From positions 8,106 to 72,105 of IMG/VR virus record IMGVR_UViG_2808606532_000002: DNA of 64,000 nt; one strand, written 5' to 3'. Of the stretch, positions 39,758 through 50,263 are shown one piece after another; position 1 is the first letter of the stretch; every line of letters begins with the position of its first letter. The notes beneath the pieces are model-generated. The model searched no databases, was not told the DNA's origin, and saw nothing but the letters and a program-made list of their open reading frames with translations. Made by a program: the position numbers and the translations under genes. Source of the DNA: a virus. Taxonomy: Duplodnaviria > Caudoviricetes.

Positions 39758-39980
39758 TAGCTTTTTGCTCTGCGATAAGCTGATTGTTCAATTGTTCATT
39801 CGTTTTGTTCAATTGCTCAATAGTTTGGGCTTGAGCTTGGTTCGTAGCCTGTAAGCTACTTATCATCTGAGACTGTCGCCACGACCATACCCCCAAGCCC
39901 AAAATCACCGTTAGCAATACAATAATTATTCTATGCGACACGGATAAACCAACAGTCCTAAAAATAGAAACCATCCCCAT
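39621..39980 (-). CDS. i-spanin (Rz-like, DUF2570-like)
   Basis: N-terminal TM, coiled coil, CA...LP end. Confidence 0.78.
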   Translation of the reverse strand: MGMVSIFRTVGLSVSHRIIIVLLTVILGLGVWSWRQSQMISSLQATNQAQAQTIEQLNKTNEQLNNQLIAEQKAIEQQRELANQFKSQAESKREKVRVIFKDNQCANTDLPSGVIEQLQ

Positions 39981-40044
39981 GGTCCACCTCCTTTTATTGC
40001 CATATAACCTGCAAATGCGAATAAACAGACACTCGGTAAATAAT

Positions 40045-40587
40045 TCATCTTATCCCCTTAAGGCATAATGACCGCTCTTTCTCACGTCTGATTTCAAGAC
40101 CTCGTAATTTACGACCGCTTGAATAAACCCATTTAGATAATTCATTACAAGCTCCAACATAATCACCTTTGCGGATTTTGCGAAACATAGTGGATTTACT
40201 CGTAGCACCACAACCCACATTAAAAGTTAGTGATGTAGCTGCATCAAATACACCTTGCGGAATGTAATAGCCCTTTGCATATTGATTAACGCAACGCTCC
40301 GCAATCTTAATATCGTTCTTCCAACGTTCTGCAATTTCTAAATCTGAATAACGTTTATTAGGATTAATGAGTTCTCCGCTATATTCGGTCGACCCAAGAC
40401 CAACGGTTAAAACATCAGCAGGGCAAATATAAGGATCACGTCTGCAACCTTCGGCATTGCCAATAATTTCTAACCCTTTTTCACTTGTACGAAATTCATT
40501 ACCAAACTGGTGCTGCATCAAGCCAATAATGGCAACAACAGAACATACACCAATGCCATATTTACCCGCTGTTTTTAATCGGCTCAT
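40045..40587 (-). CDS. GH24 lysozyme, probable SAR endolysin
   Basis: N-terminal hydrophobic stretch; EGC...Y.CPADVLTVG.GST; GLEIRRE.E..LC. Confidence 0.93.
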   Translation of the reverse strand: MSRLKTAGKYGIGVCSVVAIIGLMQHQFGNEFRTSEKGLEIIGNAEGCRRDPYICPADVLTVGLGSTEYSGELINPNKRYSDLEIAERWKNDIKIAERCVNQYAKGYYIPQGVFDAATSLTFNVGCGATSKSTMFRKIRKGDYVGACNELSKWVYSSGRKLRGLEIRREKERSLCLKGIR

Positions 40588-40861
40588 CTCGCAACCCTCT
40601 TTGTAATTGTTGTTTTTTCAACTCACCCAACTCTCTAAGCTGTTGCATTTCAAGTCGGTGTTTTTCCTCTTCCCTTTCTTCTTGGCGGAGTTTGATTTTT
40701 CTTTCTTTGAATTTTGAATACATATTCACAAGAGCGGTTAAAATCCCCAATGCCAAACTAATCAACATTAGATTTTGCTGATCACCAAGCCATGCAAGCC
40801 AACCAGTTAAACCATTCCATAAATAACTTTGTGTAGCCGAATCTCTCATAATATTACTCAT
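40562..40861 (-). CDS. Holin
   Basis: TM segments, charged C-terminus, directly before lysozyme. Confidence 0.78.
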   Translation of the reverse strand: MSNIMRDSATQSYLWNGLTGWLAWLGDQQNLMLISLALGILTALVNMYSKFKERKIKLRQEEREEEKHRLEMQQLRELGELKKQQLQRGLRDEPIKNSG

Positions 40862-41004
40862 ACATCACCTCGCTTTTTTGAGGTAATAAAAAGCCCCAAG
40901 CATTTCTGCTCAGGGCTGTGAAAATTCATTCGGTGAACATCACTTATACGATGTCCAGCATTACGGATATATTATATGAATTCACCACCAAATTCAATAC
41001 CTTT

Positions 41005-41466
41005 TTACAAGTTAAAAGCATATTTTTGCAATTTAGCGACATCTTTGTGATTTTTAATAGCAAGATCGAGAAACTTAGCAACAACCCATTCTGAGTCTTT
41101 TATACTTTCTGTAACTCGCTTATACCAACCATTTCGAGAAATTGATTTATCCTTTTGCCACTGATACTTCGCAATCGCATACACCGACAACCCATACACA
41201 TATTTAGCTTCGAGATACTTAAAATCCTGCGGGCAAGGATTTTTAATACAATAACCAATCACCGAGCTAATCACCAAGCCCAAATCATCATCGCACATCT
41301 CACGCACAGGCACAGTAATACGATTTGGATCGGCTTTCATCATCAGCTTAGCTAACATATTCATACGACTATCAAAATCCAACCCACTAAACGCCCAAGC
41401 CCCCCAAAGGTTCAGCAAGTTCTCAATCCATTCCTGTTTTGGCTCTTCTAACAATCTATCTGCCAT
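41005..41466 (-). CDS. Q: Antitermination protein Q
   Basis: L.LWGAW, CDDD.GL.I; position before lysis genes. Confidence 0.8.
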   Translation of the reverse strand: MADRLLEEPKQEWIENLLNLWGAWAFSGLDFDSRMNMLAKLMMKADPNRITVPVREMCDDDLGLVISSVIGYCIKNPCPQDFKYLEAKYVYGLSVYAIAKYQWQKDKSISRNGWYKRVTESIKDSEWVVAKFLDLAIKNHKDVAKLQKYAFNL

Positions 41467-42043
41467 CCTGCAACTCCCTTACCTTCGCCTTATAAACCTT
41501 AATTAACGCCTTAATCTCATCAACTGAGAGCTTTAATGGCGGATGATCTTTTCTATCCAAACGTTCAACTTCTTCTTCGCCAATTTTTCTGATCAAATTG
41601 AGACGATATTCCGTTAAATTACCGCTTTTATAATTGTTACAAACAGAACATTGCTTATGGACGTTCATCTCATCAAATCGCAACCCAGAATAATTTCCAG
41701 CAGCTCGATAATGCCCAGCGTGCCATTGCCCTTGGTGATAGCGACCGCATGAAATACAAGGTAAATCCTTATCTCTCAAGCGGATAAACTGATTAAAAAC
41801 CTTCTGCAAATCCTTAAGCCATTCAGCACGACTTTTTAACCGCTCTTTAACCGCCTTAATTCGTGCCTTATCCTCTTTCTCACGTTTTAACCTTGCTTTC
41901 TCCCTTTCTTTCTCCACTCTTATTTTAGCTAAAGCAACACCGCACTCTGCCGAACACCATTGCACATTGCTAAAATTCGTCTTGAATTTATTTCCACAAA
42001 TCTTGCATTTCCGATTAAACGGCTTATTTCGCCCAAAACTCAT
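41456..42043 (-). CDS. ninG: NinG/Rap endonuclease
   Basis: FN.FIRLRD...CISCG..WHAGHY..NVHKQCSVCN. Confidence 0.92.
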   Translation of the reverse strand: MSFGRNKPFNRKCKICGNKFKTNFSNVQWCSAECGVALAKIRVEKEREKARLKREKEDKARIKAVKERLKSRAEWLKDLQKVFNQFIRLRDKDLPCISCGRYHQGQWHAGHYRAAGNYSGLRFDEMNVHKQCSVCNNYKSGNLTEYRLNLIRKIGEEEVERLDRKDHPPLKLSVDEIKALIKVYKAKVRELQDGR

Positions 42044-42133
42044 CTCACCCCCAATGTAAAAACAAAATTCCAACTGCGATTAAAACAAGGCTTAAGTAGC
42101 CTAATAATTCATCTTTTATGTTCATTTCTTACT

Positions 42134-42412
42134 TTACATTGTTTCATTCATAAAAATACTTAAGTCAGAATAAGCATTAAAATAGTGCAGAATTTCTGGG
42201 GATTTATGCGAATGATTTAACTGTTTAAGTCTGCCTTGTATTTCTCCTCTAATAATCTTTTGAGTATCTTTACTTAGATTTTTGTAATATTTTTTGATTA
42301 TTTTTATATACTTGCCAGTTTGGTAATTTTTACTTCTGATTAGCCATCTCACACAACAAAGAGCAAAAACATCTAATTCATTTTCCATTATTTCTATCAT
42401 TAGCGACTCCAA
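42134..42412 (-). CDS. Hypothetical protein
   Basis: 92-aa ORF in nin region. Confidence 0.45.
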   Translation of the reverse strand: MESLMIEIMENELDVFALCCVRWLIRSKNYQTGKYIKIIKKYYKNLSKDTQKIIRGEIQGRLKQLNHSHKSPEILHYFNAYSDLSIFMNETM

Positions 42413-43048
42413 TTAATAAAACCCAATTAACTGATTAATCTTGTTATCTAACGCCCACTCGTTTTCATATACATTGCACAACGTTTCATTCCAGATAACC
42501 ACATAAACACCTTTATACACCTCGTTAAACTTCTCTTGGCTCATATTCGCAAAGGATATAGACCAACGTTCTTTCACTGTTCCACCGTCTTGGATTGGCT
42601 TTAAATCGTAAAATCCCGCCTTTTTCATTACATGGTTCAAGTAGGCTTCAAGCGTTTTCATTCCTTCGTAATCCAGCTTGTTTTCACGATTTTTACGCAC
42701 TCTTTCCAGCACCTTGTCAGCGATTGGTTTAGTTACGTTTTGATAAAGCTGTTCATCATTCGCGACTACAGCGATTTCTTTCGCTACCGCTTGAGCTATC
42801 CATTCTTCCGTCTCTGACAACACACTAAATTCAGGTTGCCAATACTCAAATCCAGCATCAAGCAAAGCAAAAAACTTCTTATGATGTTGATAATTACGGT
42901 TGTTTTTAATAGGGGTAATCTTAACCGCACAACCAATCGCCAAGCCTTTAAGCAGATTGCTGTCATATTCTGTTTCTGCCACTACCGCTCCGTTGGGGTA
43001 TTTAACTGCGTGAATAACGGTTTTTTGTTTGGCTTGACTTGTACTCAT
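42413..43048 (-). CDS. DUF1367-like protein
   Basis: RNY.HHKKFFALL..GFEYW.P, SISFANM. Confidence 0.85.
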   Translation of the reverse strand: MSTSQAKQKTVIHAVKYPNGAVVAETEYDSNLLKGLAIGCAVKITPIKNNRNYQHHKKFFALLDAGFEYWQPEFSVLSETEEWIAQAVAKEIAVVANDEQLYQNVTKPIADKVLERVRKNRENKLDYEGMKTLEAYLNHVMKKAGFYDLKPIQDGGTVKERWSISFANMSQEKFNEVYKGVYVVIWNETLCNVYENEWALDNKINQLIGFY

Positions 43049-43290
43049 ATTTTTTTATCCACCAAAATCAATCTCAAAATCGCACCACTCTTACGCTTGC
43101 GGAAATAACAACGTGCTACGCCTTTTGTTTGTCTCAACTTGCGGATCATCTCAAGGCTAAATTGTGCATCATGTCCACATTTGTAGGTGTATTTAATCCG
43201 GTTATACTGCAACTCAGGCAAACCTACTTGTGTATCTAGTACGATTCTTAGTTGTTGATAATTACTCATCATCTTGCGGTATATCCTCAC
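43045..43290 (-). CDS. Hypothetical protein
   Basis: Overlaps next ORF in operon. Confidence 0.45.
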   Translation of the reverse strand: MRIYRKMMSNYQQLRIVLDTQVGLPELQYNRIKYTYKCGHDAQFSLEMIRKLRQTKGVARCYFRKRKSGAILRLILVDKKI

Positions 43291-43413
43291 ACTTCACCCA
43301 ATAGCCTTCAAAATCATACAGCCACACCGTGCCATCGTTGCATAATGCGGTTAATTCCCCTCTTGCCGTGGTAATTTGAATGATTTTTCGCTTATTCTGT
43401 TCTTGAAATTGGT

Positions 43414-43947
43414 TCATTCCCCACACTCTCTCACAAAATCCAAGCTCACCTGACGAGTCACAAACCCTCGCATAAACGGATCGAACACCGCCACCATTGA
43501 GCCTTTGTTATTACCTTTCACCTCTTCGCCTGTTACTGGGTGAATGAAGTTGATACGCCCACCGATAATATCGATCACTTCCGTGGCATTATCTTGGATT
43601 ACCTTGTACCACTTGGTTGATTTATCCGCTGGTAACAACATCACAACTAAATGACCTGCTTTCATCAGCTCCGCTGCACGCTGCACAAATGGCAAAGGGT
43701 TGCTGTAAGGTGGATTGACGAAAATACGTAATAGGTCCGCTTGATCAACCACTTCATCAATCAAGCGTTCAAGTAAATCATCTGCCAGAAAATCTTCTGC
43801 AATGTGACTACCTTTGCCAATCCAACGATGGCACATGGCATCATGTTCATTCGCACAGCCGTCTAAATGGAACCAGTAAAACAAGCGTTCTAGCCATTTA
43901 AAAACATAACTTGGCGTGCGGTAAGCGTCTTTGTCAAAATTCATCAA
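43414..43947 (-). CDS. dam: Phage N6-adenine DNA methyltransferase
   Basis: D.YRTP, NPPYS, LLPADKST.WY, GGRI.F. Confidence 0.92.
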   Translation of the reverse strand: MMNFDKDAYRTPSYVFKWLERLFYWFHLDGCANEHDAMCHRWIGKGSHIAEDFLADDLLERLIDEVVDQADLLRIFVNPPYSNPLPFVQRAAELMKAGHLVVMLLPADKSTKWYKVIQDNATEVIDIIGGRINFIHPVTGEEVKGNNKGSMVAVFDPFMRGFVTRQVSLDFVRECGE

Positions 43948-45380
43948 AAATCCCCCTTCGGATAACTTTTCTGCTTAGGTGCTGGCTTACCTATCATGGC
44001 TCTACGTTCAGCATCTTGTTGGTCACAATTAAACATTGCGCCAAAACGTTGAACGGCATAAACCACACCTGTTCCGCCATGACGATTTAACCGTACAATC
44101 ACTTCTGTGAGTTGTTTGTCAGCATCTGGGTTATAAACGCTTTCTTTGTACAACCCGAACCAATAATCACAATCTTGCTCTATTTGACCTGTATCACGAC
44201 TATCACTTGGCTGTGGGCGTTTATCCGCACGATTTTCAAGATTTCGATTAAGCTGAGTAAGCAACAAGACTACACAATCCATTTCACGAGCAAGCGCTTT
44301 TAATTCCTTAGTGATTTTCCCGTAAGCTAAATCGTTGCGCTCTGCCTCTTCCGCTTTCATCAAGGTCAAATAATCCACCCCAATTAAGCCTATCTCGCCA
44401 CGCTCACGTTTAATACGACGACATTCATTGCGAATATGTGCCATTGACACATTAGGCGTATCATCGATATACAACAAATCATCTTGCACTAATTGACCCA
44501 TAGCACCTGTGACTTTGCCGAATAACTGCTGTGTCGTCATGTTATATTGCGCAAGTTCTTTGTCGCTGAGATAAAACACATCAGTGTTGACATTAGTGGT
44601 CTGCCCTAACATACGCTCAAGAATTTGTGTTGCAGACATCTCAAGGCTAAACAGCAAGGCTGCTTTTTTCTCACGCATGACGCAGTTGCCCGCAATCAAC
44701 GAATAAAACGCTGTTTTCCCTGCCTTTGGTCTTGCACCCACCACGGCTAAAGATTGCTTAACCAGCAATTTTTTACCCAACAAATCATCAAGTGCGGTCA
44801 ATCCTGTGGACAATCCACCTACTAATTCAGGCTCATTGCGACGTAACTCAAATTCATTCAGCCACTCATTGCCCACCTCACGAGATGAACGTAATCCACC
44901 GGATTTTCCAGTGCGTCCATAGTCAGCAATTTCCGCCATTAAACGACTGATAGCATCGATGCGTTCTGTGGCAGATAAGTTACTTTGCGCAAACATCAAC
45001 GCCTCACAATCCTGTAATTTTTTAATCGCAAAACGCTTAATCGCGGCATCTCGCACCAGGGCTGCATAGGCTAAAATATTGGCTGCGCTTGGTGTATTGT
45101 TGGCAAGCTCTGCAAGGTAAGCAAAACCGCCTAATTGCTCCGCATTGCCTGTTGCTGTCAAGCGACTATCCATGGTCATCAAATCAATAGGCTGATTATT
45201 TTTTGCCAGAAACAACATCTCAGAAAAAATCTTGCCATGCTCGAAGGTATAAAAACTTTCAGGTTTCAACATCGAAAAAACTTTTGCAGCACGCTCACTT
45301 GTACTATCCAACATCAAGCCACCCAGTACCGCTTGTTCCGCATCAACATTGTTCGGGATAATTTTTGCTAACGTCATCAC
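43944..45380 (-). CDS. dnaB: Replicative helicase
   Basis: AEQAVLG, ARPKAGKT, FSLEM, VDYL, SD.RDTGQIEQD. Confidence 0.95.
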   Translation of the reverse strand: MMTLAKIIPNNVDAEQAVLGGLMLDSTSERAAKVFSMLKPESFYTFEHGKIFSEMLFLAKNNQPIDLMTMDSRLTATGNAEQLGGFAYLAELANNTPSAANILAYAALVRDAAIKRFAIKKLQDCEALMFAQSNLSATERIDAISRLMAEIADYGRTGKSGGLRSSREVGNEWLNEFELRRNEPELVGGLSTGLTALDDLLGKKLLVKQSLAVVGARPKAGKTAFYSLIAGNCVMREKKAALLFSLEMSATQILERMLGQTTNVNTDVFYLSDKELAQYNMTTQQLFGKVTGAMGQLVQDDLLYIDDTPNVSMAHIRNECRRIKRERGEIGLIGVDYLTLMKAEEAERNDLAYGKITKELKALAREMDCVVLLLTQLNRNLENRADKRPQPSDSRDTGQIEQDCDYWFGLYKESVYNPDADKQLTEVIVRLNRHGGTGVVYAVQRFGAMFNCDQQDAERRAMIGKPAPKQKSYPKGDF

Positions 45381-46285
45381 AATGCTTCCTCACGTACTTT
45401 CACGACGGTTTCACCACGAATAGCCCAATCAAAATTAGCTCTCCAACCGCGTTCACCTTCGCCAACATGAAACGGGCGCAAAAGCTCAAATAACCGCTCA
45501 AAATAATTCACTGCATATTCCAGCGTTGGCTTGCTCAAGTGCTCAGTGAGTAATTTTTTCATGGCTCGCTTTCGTTTTTCCGTCAAGGATTGAGCATAAG
45601 GCAACCGACCACCCGTCTCGCTATTCGCTTGGTTGTAAGCATCCATCACAGCTTGATAATCGATTTTGATTGGGGATTTTTTGCCATGAGATTTTTTATC
45701 CAAGACCAAGACTGAATTTTCAGGAGATTGATTTTGTGTCTGAACTTGAATTTCTTCAGAAACGTCAAAATTCTCGACTTGTTCCTCAGGCAAAACATCG
45801 GCTTTTGCCGATTTTTTTATTAATTCATCGCTAGATGAATTAATATTTTTTATGTTATGTAATCTAGTGTTGTAATCTAGTGTATTAACGAATGTACTTT
45901 TCGGGCTGTCTCCAATGTCCCTTTCGGGCATTGGGGAATGTTCATCTTGTTCATTCGCCAATGTAGCTAAAAGTTCATCAAGTTTTTCCATATCAATCTT
46001 GAAATAAATGCGATGTTCAAGACGTTTATGCGTTTCAATTAATACGCCACGTTCACGCAGCTTTCTACGTGCTGTCTCCTGTTCTTTACGAGTTAGCCCA
46101 GTTTCTTCTTCAAGCTCTGCTTGCGTTTTATAAACGCCTAGCGCTTCGTTTTCCGCTTTATCTTGCCAATAAAAAATCTGCTCAAAGAAAATTTCTGCGG
46201 TTACACCGCCAAATAATTTAGCTAGCTTTGGTCTATATGCGATAGATCGACCTGTTTGTTTTAAAAGTTCACTTGCCTTCATCAA
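45377..46285 (-). CDS. Replication initiator (O-like)
   Basis: ETGLTRKEQETARRKL HTH; GWRANFDW C-terminus; internal repeat gtaatctagtgt x2. Confidence 0.82.
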   Translation of the reverse strand: MMKASELLKQTGRSIAYRPKLAKLFGGVTAEIFFEQIFYWQDKAENEALGVYKTQAELEEETGLTRKEQETARRKLRERGVLIETHKRLEHRIYFKIDMEKLDELLATLANEQDEHSPMPERDIGDSPKSTFVNTLDYNTRLHNIKNINSSSDELIKKSAKADVLPEEQVENFDVSEEIQVQTQNQSPENSVLVLDKKSHGKKSPIKIDYQAVMDAYNQANSETGGRLPYAQSLTEKRKRAMKKLLTEHLSKPTLEYAVNYFERLFELLRPFHVGEGERGWRANFDWAIRGETVVKVREEAL

Positions 46286-46499
46286 AAATCTCCTTATCGA
46301 GCTTTGCTAACCTTGCGTATAAAACACGTTCTATATAATCTTGGATTAATACATCAATTCGTACAGGTCGATTAAATCGCCCATTCTGCGATTGACTTTG
46401 TTTTTCATTAAGATTAATATTCATAGCGATTTTTCCTTAAATCATTGCCACTGCGCCAACAGTGGCTTTTTATATAAATTGCTTACCATAAACTGACTA

Positions 46500-46922
46500 T
46501 TGATGAGGTTTTTTATGGATATTGCGACCATTTTCTCCTCCGCTAAAACTACTCTTGATATCCTCTCTGGAATGGAAACTAACAGCGTCTTGGCTGAGCG
46601 TGTTGCTCTCCTCAAGGATCAGATTGAAATACTCCGATATACCTACGAATCGACTCAAAAAGAACTGACCGAGACTAAAGCAAAATGCACCGCACTGGAG
46701 AATGAAATAGCGAGTTATCGCACAGCGGAACAATTTATCTTTGAACATGGTGCGGCATTTAAAAAAACCTCCACTGGCTACATCAAAGCGGTGTATTGCC
46801 CCAACTGTTTCAAAGTTGCTAGTGCGAGTTTTGTTCGTTTCCCTTTCCAATGTGGAAGCTGTAAATGGTCCAGCATGTTTAAAATGGGTGAATTTGAACG
46901 TATTTTTAATTCGTTGCCCTAA
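46500..46922 (+). CDS. Moron: coiled-coil + Zn-ribbon protein
   Basis: CPNC..CGSC; opposite to operon. Confidence 0.65.
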   Translation: MMRFFMDIATIFSSAKTTLDILSGMETNSVLAERVALLKDQIEILRYTYESTQKELTETKAKCTALENEIASYRTAEQFIFEHGAAFKKTSTGYIKAVYCPNCFKVASASFVRFPFQCGSCKWSSMFKMGEFERIFNSLP

Positions 46923-46956
46923 CCGCATTTAATTTCTCCGTTTGTTCAGAGGCTTT

Positions 46957-47409
46957 TTATTGCCCTAAATCCCATTTCAAACACTGCACGCTATCTTGCA
47001 AGCGGTTCAAAATGTCTAATAATGTTCGTTTTTCTGATATGGATAACTGCTCGCCTAAATCTGATTCTGCAGAAATGGAACGACTATATTCGCCACACAA
47101 TTTCCCCGCTTGAGCGGAAAGGCTTAACACTTCTTTAAGCTTATCCATTCCTGAACGCTGACATTCAGGGATGGGTACAAGTAAATAACCTTGCTCCGCT
47201 GCAATCGCTGCTAAAGTGGCACGACTACGCACCATTGCCATCAATTCCAAGCCTTCAATAAAGCTCAACTGATTTTGCTCACAATCAATATTTAACTTAT
47301 TACTTAAGATATTCGGGGACTTATCCAACGCATAAGCAAGGGACGTAATTCCACCCGAACTATTCTTACAATCTCGGTGTAATAACCGCTGGATCTCTTT
47401 GCTATTCAT
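46957..47409 (-). CDS. cII: CII-family regulatory protein
   Basis: GG...LA..L......L.NKLN motif; follows cro. Confidence 0.75.
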   Translation of the reverse strand: MNSKEIQRLLHRDCKNSSGGITSLAYALDKSPNILSNKLNIDCEQNQLSFIEGLELMAMVRSRATLAAIAAEQGYLLVPIPECQRSGMDKLKEVLSLSAQAGKLCGEYSRSISAESDLGEQLSISEKRTLLDILNRLQDSVQCLKWDLGQ

Positions 47410-47457
47410 TAAAATTTGTTCCTTTTCTTGAAGATTTATTCAAAGAGTGGGAGTAGA

Positions 47458-47664
47458 TTAGTTTTCAGCGGGGAAAACATAATCAAGAGAAACGTTTGAA
47501 CCTAAATCATTAAGTGCTTTTACAATACGTCTTGCATCATTTAATGATGGTTTTCTAAGGTTTAACTCATAATTAGCAATTCGGCTTTGACTAAATCCAA
47601 CCTCTTGACCAAGTTTGGCTTGAGTTATTCCAATAGCCTCCCTCGCTCTAGCAAGATTATTCAT
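47458..47664 (-). CDS. cro: Cro-like HTH repressor
   Basis: TQ..L...VG.SQSRIANYE...R.P; divergent from cI. Confidence 0.88.
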   Translation of the reverse strand: MNNLARAREAIGITQAKLGQEVGFSQSRIANYELNLRKPSLNDARRIVKALNDLGSNVSLDYVFPAEN

Positions 47665-47679
47665 TCAAATCTCCTTTTG

Positions 47680-47765
47680 TGATTAAAACAAAGAATATTA
47701 AATCACATCAAGTGATAACAATCAATCACATTGTGAATTTTTTATTTCATAACGTAACGTGATAT
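47680..47765. promoter_or_regulatory. OR operator region (ATCAC-N5-GTGAT)
   Basis: Perfect site 47702-47716 plus degenerate copies; same site at PL. Confidence 0.7.
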
Positions 47766-47794
47766 TATTAGCGAGAATATAAGAGAGGTAATTT

Positions 47795-48454
47795 ATGACT
47801 ACATTGGGTCAACGTATTAAAGAATTAAGAATAAAAATGGGCGTTAATCAGAAAGAGTTTGCAGAAATGTGTGGACGCTTGGATAAAAGAGATCGTGCGT
47901 GGGGTCAATCTCGCATAGGAAATTATGAAACAGATGCAAGAGAGCCTAGCTTAGAAGATATTGAGGTGCTAGCAAAAGCTCTTGGCATTACAGCCGCAGA
48001 ATTAGCATTTAGTAATGCAATTCCAGTAGAAATAATTAGATCTTTTCACTACCCACTGCTTAGCCCTGTACAAGCAGGTTACTTTACAGAAGTCAATTTA
48101 CTGACAAATACCGATGAAGAAAGCCTATATGAGATGATCTCCTCCCAAGTCAAAGCAAGTAGCAACGCATTTTATTTAAAAATTGTCGGAAACTCTATGG
48201 CTCCACGCTTTCAAGAAGGGGATATGGTATTAATCGATCCTGATATATACCCAAATCCAGGGGATTTTGTTGCCGCACTTAACGAAGATGGCGAAGCCAC
48301 ATTTAAAAAATACAAAGAAACGGGCGAAGTGGACGAACACGGGAATAAACATTTTAACCTCGTTCCCCTAAATGATAGCTTTGGCACATTAAGCAGTAAA
48401 AGCAATAAGATTAGTATTATCGGCAAAGCCGTTGAGCATAGGAGTTGTTTGTAA
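47795..48454 (+). CDS. cI: CI repressor (HTH + S24 peptidase)
   Basis: VQAG cleavage site, GNSM, ATFKK. Confidence 0.95.
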   Translation: MTTLGQRIKELRIKMGVNQKEFAEMCGRLDKRDRAWGQSRIGNYETDAREPSLEDIEVLAKALGITAAELAFSNAIPVEIIRSFHYPLLSPVQAGYFTEVNLLTNTDEESLYEMISSQVKASSNAFYLKIVGNSMAPRFQEGDMVLIDPDIYPNPGDFVAALNEDGEATFKKYKETGEVDEHGNKHFNLVPLNDSFGTLSSKSNKISIIGKAVEHRSCL

Positions 48455-48529
48455 AGTAAGGTTGGGGTTTATTGGTTAGTGGAAATGTGGCTTGAACTAT
48501 TCCTATAATATGAAATTAAGGTTCTAAGA

Positions 48530-49048
48530 ATGATGCATCACACAGCAAGAATGGAACAATTTAATGTCGCTGTTATAAGAGCAATAGCATCTGCTTGTGG
48601 TTTTAATACTGCAACATTGGAAGTAGATGATGATAGCGTTGATATAGAAATTTGTGCGAAATATCCCTTTGAGTTAGGGAAAGCGTCACGCTCAAGGGTT
48701 TCCATCCAATTAAAAGCCACATCAGCACTACAAAAGCAAGGTGAATATATCTCCTTTACATTGGATCGTAAAAACTATGACGACTTACGTATCTGCGATA
48801 GTGATCCAAGATACCTGTTTGTACTAGAGCTTCCCAAGAAATGCTCTCAATGGATAAGGCAAAAAAAGAAATTTTGTGCTTTTAAATATCGTTGCTATTG
48901 GCTATCATTACAAAATTTTAAAGATTTACCAGTTGGGCAAGGAACAAAAACAGTAAAAATTCCTACTAACCAAATTGTTGATATCCATTCTTTGCCTAAA
49001 TTATTAGACTCTGCTCGTTCGGGAGAAGCTTATGTTCATCAACAGTAA
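48530..49048 (+). CDS. DUF4365-like PD-(D/E)XK protein
   Basis: DDDSVD..QLKAT, NYDDLR, CYW.SL. Confidence 0.82.
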   Translation: MMHHTARMEQFNVAVIRAIASACGFNTATLEVDDDSVDIEICAKYPFELGKASRSRVSIQLKATSALQKQGEYISFTLDRKNYDDLRICDSDPRYLFVLELPKKCSQWIRQKKKFCAFKYRCYWLSLQNFKDLPVGQGTKTVKIPTNQIVDIHSLPKLLDSARSGEAYVHQQ

Positions 49049-50168
49049 GATAAAAGCAAAATTAGAGAATATCTCTATTGCTCTATTCTCTCAATATCTA
49101 ACAAATAAAAACTGGAGCAATCCAAGCAATTTAGAAAAAGCAAGCCTATGGTACACAGCTGATAAATCTGATGGATTATCATTACCACTAAATGAAAACT
49201 TAGAAGATAAAACCACATATCTTCGACATATATGGAATGCATTAAAAGATTTATCTGATATTGAACAACGCAGTATTGATCAAATCATTAATGATATATT
49301 GATAAGCTATGAGGATAAAATCTATATCCGAGTCCAAGATGAAAGTGTCAAAGATGGAACTATTCCTTTATCCGATGGCGTTATCTTATTTGAAAATGCG
49401 AAAAACCTTATCCACTCTATCGCACAATCAGCTAAAAACCCAAAAGTGAATTACAGAGTTAATGAAGGTGGTCAATCAGTTAAAGATTTTATGAACAATG
49501 TTAGACTAGGGCAAACTAGCATTGGAAGTTATATCATAGAATTATCCTACCCAGTTGAAAATGTTCAAAGTAATCAGATAGAAAACTCAGAATTTAGTAC
49601 TTCCTTCTCATTTGCTCGCGGGGTAACGCATAATTTACTAAAAAGTATAAGTAAATTAAAAGAAGCTATTTCAGAGTTTGATAGAGATCCAACTATCTTT
49701 GCTCCGTTAATTACCGACGGAGTAAGTTACAATCTATGTAATGCTCTTGCAAAGTTAAGTGGTTCGCACATGCAGAGAAAAGTGGAAATTTCTCTTAAAG
49801 CAGGTGATATTATCGACCCAAATATCAACTCGGATTTCAGTGTTAATTTCAGTAAAGATGAAATAGAAATTGTAGATATTGCTGCGAAATATTATCGAGA
49901 AGAGTTCACATTGCCAAATGTAGATATTATAGGGACAATTATAAGCAATACCTCAGCTCATTTAGAACAAGGTGGTTTTATCTTAATCAGCACGTCGATC
50001 CAAAACAAAAATAAAACTATTCGGATAGATTTAAACGCGGAACAATACCAAGCGGCAATAAAAGCCCACTCTGAAGGTAAGAAAGCACGATGCATCGGGA
50101 AAGATTTACATATAAATAAAAAGAACGGTCGATTGCAAAACTTAACATCATTTAGCGTTTTAAGCTAA
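49032..50168 (+). CDS. Hypothetical protein, partner of DUF4365
   Basis: 378 aa, overlaps upstream gene; RLGQT..GSY, GVS.NLC.AL motifs. Confidence 0.8.
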   Translation: MFINSKIKAKLENISIALFSQYLTNKNWSNPSNLEKASLWYTADKSDGLSLPLNENLEDKTTYLRHIWNALKDLSDIEQRSIDQIINDILISYEDKIYIRVQDESVKDGTIPLSDGVILFENAKNLIHSIAQSAKNPKVNYRVNEGGQSVKDFMNNVRLGQTSIGSYIIELSYPVENVQSNQIENSEFSTSFSFARGVTHNLLKSISKLKEAISEFDRDPTIFAPLITDGVSYNLCNALAKLSGSHMQRKVEISLKAGDIIDPNINSDFSVNFSKDEIEIVDIAAKYYREEFTLPNVDIIGTIISNTSAHLEQGGFILISTSIQNKNKTIRIDLNAEQYQAAIKAHSEGKKARCIGKDLHINKKNGRLQNLTSFSVLS

Positions 50169-50263
50169 GAACATACAACCGCCCTTGTGGCGGTTTTTAT
50201 TTCCCTAAAATCTACTATTAACTACTCCTTACTACTATAAACCTAGCAAAATCCCACCGCACT

